From Candidatus Hadarchaeota archaeon (lineage in GTDB: Archaea; Hadarchaeota; Hadarchaeia; Hadarchaeales; Hadarchaeaceae): a DNA stretch of 19,629 nucleotides. The DNA lies in NCBI GenBank assembly GCA_040755315.1, contig JBFMBF010000023.1, positions 1 through 19,629 on the forward strand, given 5' to 3'. Below the pieces are notes generated by a model that saw only the letters and a program-made list of their open reading frames with translations, was not told where the DNA came from and searched no databases. Each line of letters opens with the position of its first letter. The first letter of the stretch is position 1. Made by a program: the position numbers and the translations under genes. Of this stretch, positions 1-7,987 are shown piece after piece.

Positions 1-583
1 CCAGGGCGGCACAGCGCGCTTCTACTCCCGGGCATACTTCTGGCTCAAGGGGACCGAGGACAACGGGCCGCTCGAGAACGTAACAATCTCGCTTCCCGAT
101 CCACACGTGGAAAACAAACTCCTAAGTGGTTTAGGTTACATCAAAGATGCCGCCCGGGTTCTTTCCGCCATTACGGATAATGGGATTGTAGTGGAATTTT
201 ACGCCGGGGCCGCGATACAGTTTGTCCCACCAAGGACTTTCGAACCCACAATGGAAATAGGACATGGAATGGCGTATCCTGGACCAAAGTTTTCTTTCCA
301 GGAAGTAGATTATCTTTACCCCGGCGAAATCCTCGAAATCCAGTTGTGGTGGGAGATTCCAGCAAGCATGGCTGGCAGGTTGACGTTGAAAGATGTATTG
401 TCACCAGCTGGGTATCCAACTAATGCGTTAGTCTATTCTCCAAAAACCATCAGCGGTGACATTTTCGCTGGTTTGTACAGACTCGGCGATGACAACGTGG
501 CACAAAAAGTGGAGGAGTTTTCTGCCAGGTTTGAAAATGTTTCATCAAACCAATTGGCTTGGTTGGGACTAATCCATATGTAA
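1..583 (+). CDS. Hypothetical protein, 5'-partial (probably starts upstream of the window)
   Basis: The frame of ORF 107..583 is open back to base 2 (QGGTARFYSRAYFWLKGTEDNGPLENVTISLPDPHVENK...), so GTG107 is probably internal. Beta-strand-like sequence, no recognised family. Confidence 0.6.
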   Translation, partial: QGGTARFYSRAYFWLKGTEDNGPLENVTISLPDPHVENKLLSGLGYIKDAARVLSAITDNGIVVEFYAGAAIQFVPPRTFEPTMEIGHGMAYPGPKFSFQEVDYLYPGEILEIQLWWEIPASMAGRLTLKDVLSPAGYPTNALVYSPKTISGDIFAGLYRLGDDNVAQKVEEFSARFENVSSNQLAWLGLIHM

Positions 584-753
584 TGGAAGCCACATTATTC
601 CTCCAAACCTACAAATTGCCGGATGATGGTTTTCAGCAGCTTTCTAATAGGTTCACTGTTTCCAAACGCTCGCCATAGCCTGAGCTAGCTCAGCAATTCA
701 ACAAATTTTCTCCTATTTAAACCCCCTCCACCCAAAGCTACGGCGGGAAGCAA

Positions 754-1023
754 TTGAAAACTCGGACAAAAAAGGGTGGCGGTTCTGGCATAGGTGCAGT
801 GGCGAAAAGATGCAACGTCGTGCCTCCAGGCGGGTTGCTGGCGGCGCTTGTGGTTATTGGTGGAATTTTTATCCTATGGGGCGCCCTCGCAGCTGCGGTG
901 TACCTGCCAATTGTAAACGCGGGGGCTGGAGGGGAAGCCACGCTCATATACGGCACCGCACTCACCCTCAGCGGGGTTTACCTGATTTACCTAGCGTGCA
1001 GAAGCGGTGGCGTTTTGATTTAG
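754..1023 (+). CDS. Small hypothetical membrane protein (2 TM)
   Basis: Two hydrophobic segments (LLAALVVIGGIFILWGALAAAVYLPIV; TLIYGTALTLSGVYLIYLAC). TATA-like TATTTAAA at ~714-721. TTG start is uncertain. Confidence 0.45.
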   Translation: MKTRTKKGGGSGIGAVAKRCNVVPPGGLLAALVVIGGIFILWGALAAAVYLPIVNAGAGGEATLIYGTALTLSGVYLIYLACRSGGVLI

Positions 1024-1069
1024 ATCATGGGGGGCCGTAATTGCTACGCGCCTTGGCCAAAACCCAGAC

Positions 1070-1489
1070 TTGGACATTGTTGTAAAGTTCAAAGACAAAT
1101 ACACAAAATCAGTTCCCAGAACGCCCAAACACATTCATTGGGTCATTGATTTGTTGATAAAAAAGGAGCACAGGAAACAGCTCACAATGGAGTTTATCAA
1201 GTATCTTTTGGAGATGTATGATAGGTTGGAACCGTTCAAAAACAAGGCGGGGCAACAAAAATGTGAAATTAAATTTACCAGCCCAAAAAATCTGGGGAAA
1301 TTCAAAGAACTTGATAACTACGGGCAATACTCCATTGAATTTATCGGCAATGTAATCGAGCTTTTGAGCATTGAGGAAAAAACGGGGTTCGAAGGTGCTT
1401 TCATGTTCAAGAGTGTTTTAACCGCATTGCTAGAAACAGAGGATATTTTTGCAATAGTGTCAGCGGCCACCCAAACGGGGCGTGGGTAA
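1070..1489 (+). CDS. AT-rich hypothetical protein, possibly N-terminally truncated
   Basis: 139-aa ORF with protein-like composition (RTPKHIHWVIDLLIK, GQYSIEF, EEKT, DIFAIVSAAT). The frame is open back to 1019 with no ATG/GTG. Visibly more AT-rich than the core genes. Confidence 0.6.
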   Translation: MDIVVKFKDKYTKSVPRTPKHIHWVIDLLIKKEHRKQLTMEFIKYLLEMYDRLEPFKNKAGQQKCEIKFTSPKNLGKFKELDNYGQYSIEFIGNVIELLSIEEKTGFEGAFMFKSVLTALLETEDIFAIVSAATQTGRG

Positions 1490-1547
1490 AAAGCGTATCT
1501 GAAATTTGTAGTGCCAAACAATCTTGTAAAACGCGTTGTGTCTTGCA

Positions 1548-2225
1548 CTACATTTTGCCCGCCAGCTTCGCCTCCCCCACCAGCACCAGCCCCAGCACCG
1601 CGTCTTCTTTTTTTGCAGCCTCGGTCGTGAAAAAAAGGCCCACGTACTGAGCATCACGGACGTGCATTTCCCTCTCTCCGGCGATCTCTCGGGCCCTCTC
1701 CAGCTCCGAATAACCTTTCAAAAGCAAAACACCGTTCGGGATGTCATCTACCTGCACCACCTTGGTCCCCGACGAACACTTGCCGCAACTACCAGATGCG
1801 CACTCGAGCGCCGGCCTCCCGCAGACCTCGCAGATGGCAGCTCCCCAGACCAGCCGTGAGACAGAGTTTCCCACCCTGAGAAGCTCCTCCTTGTCAATCG
1901 CCCGCTGTATCTTCAGCTTACAGCTCTTGAAGATGCTGATTTCCTTCCCCTTCCAAGTGAGCTTGGCAACGCCGAGCGATGGGCTGCACCTGAGCTCCGA
2001 GAAGCGCCTCCTGTGGATGTCAAGCAGATAACAGAGGGTCTTGGCGTCTATCCCCTCACCTTCCTCTTTCTTGAGCTCAATGTCCGCCATCAGCTTCCCC
2101 TTTTCTGAGGCGCACGGCTGCACGTAAACCACCGTATCCTTCCTGACCTTGACAAGCTCGGAAACTTCCATTCCTTTTGAAAGAACGCAACTGTCCTTGA
2201 ACTTCGGAACTGGGATTTCTTTCAC
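1548..2225 (-). CDS. Cys-rich putative Fe-S/metal-binding protein, last gene of the iscS-iscU operon
   Basis: GTG start directly abuts the iscU stop (2226-2228). QPC motif and Cys cluster CEVCGRPALECASGSCGKC (CxxC-x6-C-x4-CxxC). Confidence 0.75.
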   Translation of the reverse strand: MKEIPVPKFKDSCVLSKGMEVSELVKVRKDTVVYVQPCASEKGKLMADIELKKEEGEGIDAKTLCYLLDIHRRRFSELRCSPSLGVAKLTWKGKEISIFKSCKLKIQRAIDKEELLRVGNSVSRLVWGAAICEVCGRPALECASGSCGKCSSGTKVVQVDDIPNGVLLLKGYSELERAREIAGEREMHVRDAQYVGLFFTTEAAKKEDAVLGLVLVGEAKLAGKM

Positions 2226-3716
2226 TCAGGTCCCCTTTGATCCGGCCTGGATTTTCCTGTACTCTGCGAGCGCCTTCTTCAGGGTTTTGTATGCAAGAAC
2301 GGCGCAGTGCATCTTCAGCGCTGGTAGCCCCCCCAATGCCTCCGATATTTCTGTTATCTTCATTTTCTCAGCCTCCTCCACCGTCCTTCCCTTCACCAGC
2401 TCTGTGGTCATCGCGCCAGTGGCTATGTTTGCCGCGCAGTTATGAACAGCGAAGCCCCTAACAAGATAAGAATGAGGCTCATTGGTTACTTCAAAGTTGT
2501 ACACCTTTCCAATGTAATTTTTCTTTTCTACTCTTCTTATCGGCACGAGGAAATAACCTTTAGCTGGCACGACAATTTTGCGCTTTCTTTTGAGTTGAAA
2601 GGCAACGTTGTAATTTGTATTCGAACGAATTTTTCTCCCATCGATTATCGAAGCTGGTCTTTTGGACTTTTTGATATATGACAGAATTCCACCTCTTGCC
2701 AAAATTTCTTGGGTTTGAATTGCGAGTTCCTTGGACCTTGTATCAATCCTATATACCCAAGAATGAGTCTCCTTCATCCTGTAAACGCTTCCATCACCCT
2801 TAAGGTAGGTTTTTATCATTTCCCATTGCTTTTTGAAAGGTAACAGAAGCACTTCTTCCGCCAATTTTTTGCCGGTTGCGTATTTCCCACCAACGGAGAC
2901 AAAAAAACCGGCCCACTTTGTAGAGCAAATGTATACTTCTGCAACATTGCCACGTACCCTGCATTTTGGTTTTTTGTTTGTGACCCTTTCGAGTAAAGTT
3001 TTAACTTCAGAGATGTTCCCAGTCTCTTCTCTGTTAAAAGCAAAAGCTAAAATACGATCATTGGCTGTAGTGTAACCCTCCGAGATGTAAAACCCCAACA
3101 GTTTCATTATATCGGTGGTGTATTTTTTGGAATCTTCTGTCTTGCTGTTCGGAACGAAAATCAAATAATCGCCTTCCGCGAGATATTTTGCTTTAATAAA
3201 CTTCGGTTTCACCGACGGAAGTTCTTCTTTATCTACACGTAACCAAACACACTTGTTCCCTGATTTTCTGGACGAGTCTAGCCATTCTCTTTTTACGCAA
3301 AGCACGGGATGTTCGGGCGTTAACGAGAAGGAATTGAATGTCGAGACAAAAGGAACTATTTTAAGCAAGTTGCCATTGTAGTCTCTCGCGGAAGTTTCAG
3401 CTACAAAATTTCTTTTACCGTCTGAATCTATGGTCGCTTCCCCTACACCCAACGTGGAGATTCGTTTCCATTCTCCTGGATACACTAAAACATATTCATC
3501 CGGCGGCAAGCACCCATACGAAAGGAACTTCGCGTCAACGATTTTGTTGTTCTCGATCTTCAGAAACATCCGAAACATGTCACCACACTGGATATCGCCT
3601 TCGTCCGCCGTCACCGTCGGGTTTTCCATCTCCCCGATGTTTTTCGGGTTCTTGAACATCTCCATCACTTTTTCTGTGTACTTTAGCAGGCTCTTCTCTG
3701 TGTATTCTGCGGGCAT
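2226..3716 (-). CDS. iscU: Fe-S cluster scaffold IscU/NifU-N, intein-containing precursor (496 aa; 138 aa after splicing)
   Basis: YTEKVMEMFKNPKNIG, CGD, KFLSYG|CAA and LPALKMHC motifs give all three IscU Cys ligands once the intein is removed. Directly downstream of iscS. Confidence 0.95.
   Translation of the reverse strand: MPAEYTEKSLLKYTEKVMEMFKNPKNIGEMENPTVTADEGDIQCGDMFRMFLKIENNKIVDAKFLSYGCLPPDEYVLVYPGEWKRISTLGVGEATIDSDGKRNFVAETSARDYNGNLLKIVPFVSTFNSFSLTPEHPVLCVKREWLDSSRKSGNKCVWLRVDKEELPSVKPKFIKAKYLAEGDYLIFVPNSKTEDSKKYTTDIMKLLGFYISEGYTTANDRILAFAFNREETGNISEVKTLLERVTNKKPKCRVRGNVAEVYICSTKWAGFFVSVGGKYATGKKLAEEVLLLPFKKQWEMIKTYLKGDGSVYRMKETHSWVYRIDTRSKELAIQTQEILARGGILSYIKKSKRPASIIDGRKIRSNTNYNVAFQLKRKRKIVVPAKGYFLVPIRRVEKKNYIGKVYNFEVTNEPHSYLVRGFAVHNCAANIATGAMTTELVKGRTVEEAEKMKITEISEALGGLPALKMHCAVLAYKTLKKALAEYRKIQAGSKGT
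2439..3512 (-). mobile_element. Intein with LAGLIDADG homing endonuclease (358 aa) in iscU
   Basis: Block A CLPPD, block B LTPEHPV, endonuclease blocks LLGFYISEG and IKTYLKGDG, block F VYNFEV, terminal AVHN followed by Cys+1. DNA is clearly more AT-rich than the flanking exteins. Confidence 0.95.
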
Positions 3717-3720
3717 CCTT

Positions 3721-4893
3721 TCACAGCTCCTCCGCCTTCACCGGGCTGATCTTCCTCAGGTTTTCTATCACGCGCGGCACCACGTCTAGGGTGTAGTTAA
3801 TCTCATCCTCGGTGTTGTAACGGCTCAGCGTGAACCTTATGGCCCCGTGCGCGACTTCTGCCTTGACCCCTATCGCCGTCATCACGTGGCTGGGCTCAAG
3901 CTTCCTGGTGGAGCAGGCCGAGCCCGTCGTCACCGATATCCCGTTCAGGCTGAGGTGGAGCTGCACGGCCTCCCCCTCCACCCCCTTGAATGAGATGTTT
4001 ACATTTGCAGGGCTTCTCCTCTCGCCGCGCGGGCCGTGGAGCTGGATGTATTTCACCCGCTCCTCAAACCCTTTCATGAGCCTGTCGCGCAGCTTCCTCA
4101 TGTGCTCGACGTGGCGCTCGAAACCGTCGAATGCAAGCTCGGTGGCCTTCGCAAACCCGACTATCCCGGGGACGTTCTCGGTGCCGGGCTTCAGCGTGAA
4201 GAGCGAGATATAGCCGTGTGAGGTCGGCTGAATCGGTGTCTTTTCCCTGATGTATAACGCCCCGACCCCCTTCGGCCCGTGGATCTTGTGGGCGCTCAAG
4301 CTCAGCAAATCTATCCTGGCCTTTTCCACGTCCACCGGCACCCGCCCGTAGCCCGCGGCAGCGTTGACGTGAAACAGAATTCCACGGCCTCTCTCCTTCA
4401 GGATTTTCCCGATTTCTTCAACCGGCTGGACCGTCCCAATCTCGTCGTTGACGTTCGCCACGCTGACCAGGACAGTTTTGTCTGTTATCGCTTTCTCGAT
4501 GTCTTCAGGTTTCACAAAGCCCTCCTTATCTACAGGGAGGTAGTCAACCTTGAAGCCGTCTTTTTCCAAAACCTCGCACACTCGCAGCACGGAGGGGTTC
4601 TCAATTTTTGTTGTGATTACATGCTTGCCCCGCGACCGGCTTGCCAGCGCCGCCCCCCTTATTGCGATGTCGTTGGCCTCCGTGGCGCCGGATGTGAAGA
4701 CAATCTCTCCCGGTTTGGCACCGATTGTCCTGGAAATTATTTTCTGAGACCTCTCGACGGCATCCGCGGCCTCCTGTCCGGCGGAGTACAGCATGATCGG
4801 GTGCCCGAACTTCTCCGTGAAGTAGGGGAGCATCGCATCTACGACTTCCTTCGCGACCGGCGTGGTGGAGCCGTTGTCAAGATATGCCTTCAT
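3721..4893 (-). CDS. iscS: Cysteine desulfurase family protein (IscS/NifS group I) with atypical PLP pocket
   Basis: YLDNGSTTP, IVFTSGATEAN, SAHKIHGPKG (PLP Lys), PGTENVPGI, GSACST (catalytic Cys), AIRFTL. 4-nt gap to iscU. Confidence 0.92.
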   Translation of the reverse strand: MKAYLDNGSTTPVAKEVVDAMLPYFTEKFGHPIMLYSAGQEAADAVERSQKIISRTIGAKPGEIVFTSGATEANDIAIRGAALASRSRGKHVITTKIENPSVLRVCEVLEKDGFKVDYLPVDKEGFVKPEDIEKAITDKTVLVSVANVNDEIGTVQPVEEIGKILKERGRGILFHVNAAAGYGRVPVDVEKARIDLLSLSAHKIHGPKGVGALYIREKTPIQPTSHGYISLFTLKPGTENVPGIVGFAKATELAFDGFERHVEHMRKLRDRLMKGFEERVKYIQLHGPRGERRSPANVNISFKGVEGEAVQLHLSLNGISVTTGSACSTRKLEPSHVMTAIGVKAEVAHGAIRFTLSRYNTEDEINYTLDVVPRVIENLRKISPVKAEEL

Positions 4894-4996
4894 CCAATCA
4901 TACTAAAATGCGGCTTGGAATGTTTAAACTTGGAGGGTAGCGGATTTTGCTGGCGTACTGTATTTATGGAAAAGAATTTATTGATTTTGGAAACCT
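4894..4996. promoter_or_regulatory. Divergent promoter region between iscS and the lipoate operon
   Basis: TTTAAA at 4923-4928, about 30 nt upstream of the iscS start on the minus strand. TTTAT at 4963-4967, about 30 nt upstream of ATG4997. Both fit archaeal TATA spacing for leaderless or short-leader mRNAs. Confidence 0.5.
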
Positions 4997-5281
4997 ATGC
5001 AGTATGCTGAGTTCAAGGCCCCGAAGGGCGTGATCAAGGTGGAGCTGGAGCTGTCCGGGGAAAAAATATCCCGGGTCTCCATAAGCGGGGACTTTTTCAT
5101 GTACCCGGAGGACGCACTGGAAGAGCTTGAAAAATCGCTGTCGGGGGTTGCCGTCGAGAGGGGCGCGTTGATTGAAGCTGTCCAAGGTTTCTACCGCAGG
5201 ACTGGGGCTGAGACGCCGATGGTCGAGCCTGGTCACTGGGTCGAGGCAATCCTTCGCGCGGCTGGAGGTGGGCAGGGATGA
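4997..5281 (+). CDS. lplB: Lipoate-protein ligase C-terminal/accessory subunit (Lpl-C, LplB-like)
   Basis: KAPKGVIKVEL...ISGDFFMYPEDALEELEKSLSG is typical of the Lip_prot_lig_C domain. ATGA overlap with the next gene. Confidence 0.88.
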   Translation: MQYAEFKAPKGVIKVELELSGEKISRVSISGDFFMYPEDALEELEKSLSGVAVERGALIEAVQGFYRRTGAETPMVEPGHWVEAILRAAGGGQG

Positions 5282-6084
5282 GCGAAGCCGTTGTTATAAA
5301 TATAACAAGGGCACTGGAGGTCTCCCCGGACGAATGGCGGCTGCTCCCCCTCCGCATCGACGAGGCTTTTACGTCAATGGCGATCGACGAGGCCCTGCTC
5401 AGGCTCAACGCCGAGGGCAAGGCCCCGAACACCGTCAGATTCTGGCGCTGGCAGCCGTCCGCCGTCTCCATCGGCTGCTTCCAGAGCCTCGAGAAGGAGG
5501 TGGACCTCGGGGTGGCTAGAAAATATGGAGTCGACGTCGTCAGGAGAATCACAGGCGGCGGCGCAGTCTTCCACGACTACGGCGGCGAGCTGACTTACAG
5601 CGTCGTCTGCCGCCAGGGCGACGTCCCCGACGACATCATCGAGTCATACAAGATTATCTGCGGCGGCCTCGTGAACGGCTTCAAGCAGCTCGGGCTCAAG
5701 GCTGAGTTCAGGCCGGTCAACGACGTCCAGGTCGGCGGCAGGAAAATCTCGGGAAGCGCCCAGACCCGCAGGTGGGGCTCGGTCCTCCAGCACGGGACTG
5801 TCCTGATCTCGCCGGACGTGCGGAAGATGTTCGAGCTTCTGAAGGTGAGCCCGGAGAAAATCTCGGACAAGTTCATCGCCTCGGTTTTCGAACGCGTCAC
5901 AACCGTCGAGCGGGAGCTCGGCCGCAGGCCCAGCATGGGAGAGGTGCGGGAGGCGATGGCCAAAGGCTTTGAGGAATCGCTCGGCGTGGCACTTGCGGAA
6001 GACGACCTGACAAAAGAGGAGATTGCCCTAGCAGAAAAGCTCAGACCAGATTACGCTTCTGAAAAACAGCTGAAAAAGAGATAA
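5278..6084 (+). CDS. lplA: Lipoate-protein ligase catalytic subunit (Lpl-N, LplA family)
   Basis: MAIDEALL, VSIGCFQ, RRITGGGAVFHD, NDVQVGGRKISGSAQ and QHGT motifs of the BPL/LplA/LipB family. Confidence 0.92.
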   Translation: MSEAVVINITRALEVSPDEWRLLPLRIDEAFTSMAIDEALLRLNAEGKAPNTVRFWRWQPSAVSIGCFQSLEKEVDLGVARKYGVDVVRRITGGGAVFHDYGGELTYSVVCRQGDVPDDIIESYKIICGGLVNGFKQLGLKAEFRPVNDVQVGGRKISGSAQTRRWGSVLQHGTVLISPDVRKMFELLKVSPEKISDKFIASVFERVTTVERELGRRPSMGEVREAMAKGFEESLGVALAEDDLTKEEIALAEKLRPDYASEKQLKKR

Positions 6085-6117
6085 ACGGCGGCATGTTAAA
6101 ATTTCCACGGGCCAGAT

Positions 6118-7005
6118 ATGATGAACCACTACAACGGAAGATTACTTTCAGCCTGCTACCCTCACCCAAACTTCCCGACCATTTCAGTAACGGGCGGCTC
6201 CTGCGCCTTGAGCTGCAAGCACTGTAACAAGCGCTACCTCCATGGGATGATCTCCTGTACTTCTCCAGATGTCTTATTTACGACATGCACAAAGATGGCG
6301 TCGAAAGGGGCGCGGGGAATTTTGCTCAGCGGAGGGTACAACGCCGATGGTTTCGTGCCGTTCGAGCCATTTCTGGACGCCATCGCGAGAATCAAAAGCG
6401 AGACCGGACTTTTCATCAGCGCCCACACAGGAATCATCCCGGGCTGGCTTGCCAATGAGTTGGGCCGCGCCGGGGTTGACCAAGCGGACTTCGACATCAT
6501 CGGGGATGATGAAACAATCAAATTTGTGACGGGTCTGGACAAGAAGGTCGAGGACTACCGCCACTCGATCAGGGCGCTTGAAAAGACCCTGCCCCATATC
6601 GCCCCGCACATCTGTGTCGGTATCCACGGAGGGCAGCTCAAGGGAGAACTCAGGGCGCTTGAACTGGCTTCTGAGATAAATCCTTCCGTCCTTGTGCTTC
6701 TTTCTTTTGTACCCACTCCCGGCACCAATTTTGAGGGAATCAGGCCCGCCTCCGCCTCTGAGTTTGGAAAAATAGTGGCCGCCGCGAGCGCCGCCATGCC
6801 GGACTCCGAGATAGCTCTCGGATGCATGCGCCCGCGCCAAGGCAGGGGGGAGTTGGAGCTAGAGGCCCTTCGCGCCGGTGCCGACAGGATAGAGCTGCCG
6901 TCAGTTGTGACAATAAGGGCCGCAGAGAAGATGGGACTTCAGGTCCGGAGGCTGAACGCCTGTTGTTCAATCCCTCCCGAGCTGGCCGGTGATTTCATTG
7001 CCTGA
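6118..7005 (+). CDS. lipS1: Radical SAM lipoyl synthase subunit LipS1 (archaeal type)
   Basis: CALSCKHC radical SAM motif, GILLSGG, and C-terminal GCMRP and CC motifs characteristic of LipS1. Lies next to lplA and lipS2. Confidence 0.85.
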   Translation: MMNHYNGRLLSACYPHPNFPTISVTGGSCALSCKHCNKRYLHGMISCTSPDVLFTTCTKMASKGARGILLSGGYNADGFVPFEPFLDAIARIKSETGLFISAHTGIIPGWLANELGRAGVDQADFDIIGDDETIKFVTGLDKKVEDYRHSIRALEKTLPHIAPHICVGIHGGQLKGELRALELASEINPSVLVLLSFVPTPGTNFEGIRPASASEFGKIVAAASAAMPDSEIALGCMRPRQGRGELELEALRAGADRIELPSVVTIRAAEKMGLQVRRLNACCSIPPELAGDFIA

Positions 7006-7960
7006 GCATGTCAGGGTTGCTTTCGGTACTGGGGCGGTGCTGGGTCTGTGGGACGGCCGCATGGAAGTAAAGCCGACCACCGCACACCTCCTCACGTATC
7101 ACGACGGGCGCTGCACCGCCAATTGCAAGTTCTGCCCGCAGGCCAGTGGGAGTTCGGCTGATACCAACATGCTCTCCCGCGTCCTCTGGCCGCCATACCA
7201 GCTGGAAAAGGTATTTTCAGCTTTTGAAAAGAGCATGAATAGTTTCAGCAGGGTCTGCATCCAGGCGGTCAACTACCCGGGCGTCGCCGATGACATCTGC
7301 AGACTCGTTGAGAATGTGAAGAGCGCCTGCAACCTCCCGATTTCAGTGTCATGCCAGCCGATGACAAGAGATGACATGGCAAAGCTGGCCTCGCTCGGCG
7401 TCGACAGAATATGCGTTCCGCTCGACGCCGCGACTCCTGAGATATTCGAGAGAGTCAAGGGCGGGTACAGCTGGAAGACGCACATGGACTCTCTGAAGGC
7501 GGCACACGAGGTGTTCGGATTCCGTGTGACCACACACCTCATTGTGGGGCTGGGTGAGAGCGAACGCGAGATGGTGCAAACGATAGGGATGCTCGACAAG
7601 TCCGGGACCACCGTCGCCCTGTTTGCTTTCACTCCCATCAGGGGCACTTCTTTGTCTGAACTAGAAAGGCCCGACATCGGCAGCTACAGGAGAATCCAGC
7701 TCGCACGTTACCTGATATCAAAACAGATCGGCAGGGGAGAAGACATGGCTTTTGCTGGCGAAAAGCTCGTGGACTTTGGAGTTGAAAAAAACACTCTGGA
7801 AAAAGCCGTGAATTCGGGCGAGCCGTTCATGACATCCGGCTGCCCCGGATGCAACCGGCCATTTTACAACGAATCTCCGCGCGGCCCGATGTACAACTTC
7901 CCAAGAAGGCCGACCAAGAAAGAGATTGAAATCATCAAAAGTTCACTTGCCCAAGAGTAG
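6989..7960 (+). CDS. lipS2: Radical SAM lipoyl synthase subunit LipS2 (archaeal type)
   Basis: CTANCKFC motif, LSRVLWP, THLIVGLGE, and C-terminal TSGCPGCNRPFYNE characteristic of LipS2. Confidence 0.87.
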   Translation: MISLPEHVRVAFGTGAVLGLWDGRMEVKPTTAHLLTYHDGRCTANCKFCPQASGSSADTNMLSRVLWPPYQLEKVFSAFEKSMNSFSRVCIQAVNYPGVADDICRLVENVKSACNLPISVSCQPMTRDDMAKLASLGVDRICVPLDAATPEIFERVKGGYSWKTHMDSLKAAHEVFGFRVTTHLIVGLGESEREMVQTIGMLDKSGTTVALFAFTPIRGTSLSELERPDIGSYRRIQLARYLISKQIGRGEDMAFAGEKLVDFGVEKNTLEKAVNSGEPFMTSGCPGCNRPFYNESPRGPMYNFPRRPTKKEIEIIKSSLAQE

Positions 7961-7987
7961 CCGCCGGAGATTACCAAAAAAGCCGCT

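Noticed and set aside
4279..5010. 243-aa plus-strand ORF antisense to iscS, and similar shadow ORFs (8057..8764, 7926..8624, 12434..13018, 6274..6840, 19030..19494)
   Set aside because: They overlap well-supported genes, show no recognisable motifs, and are expected in GC-rich coding DNA.
6118..7960. Biotin synthase (BioB) call for the two radical SAM genes
   Set aside because: GCMR/CC and TSGCPGCNRP motifs plus adjacency to lipoate ligase genes fit LipS1/LipS2 better.
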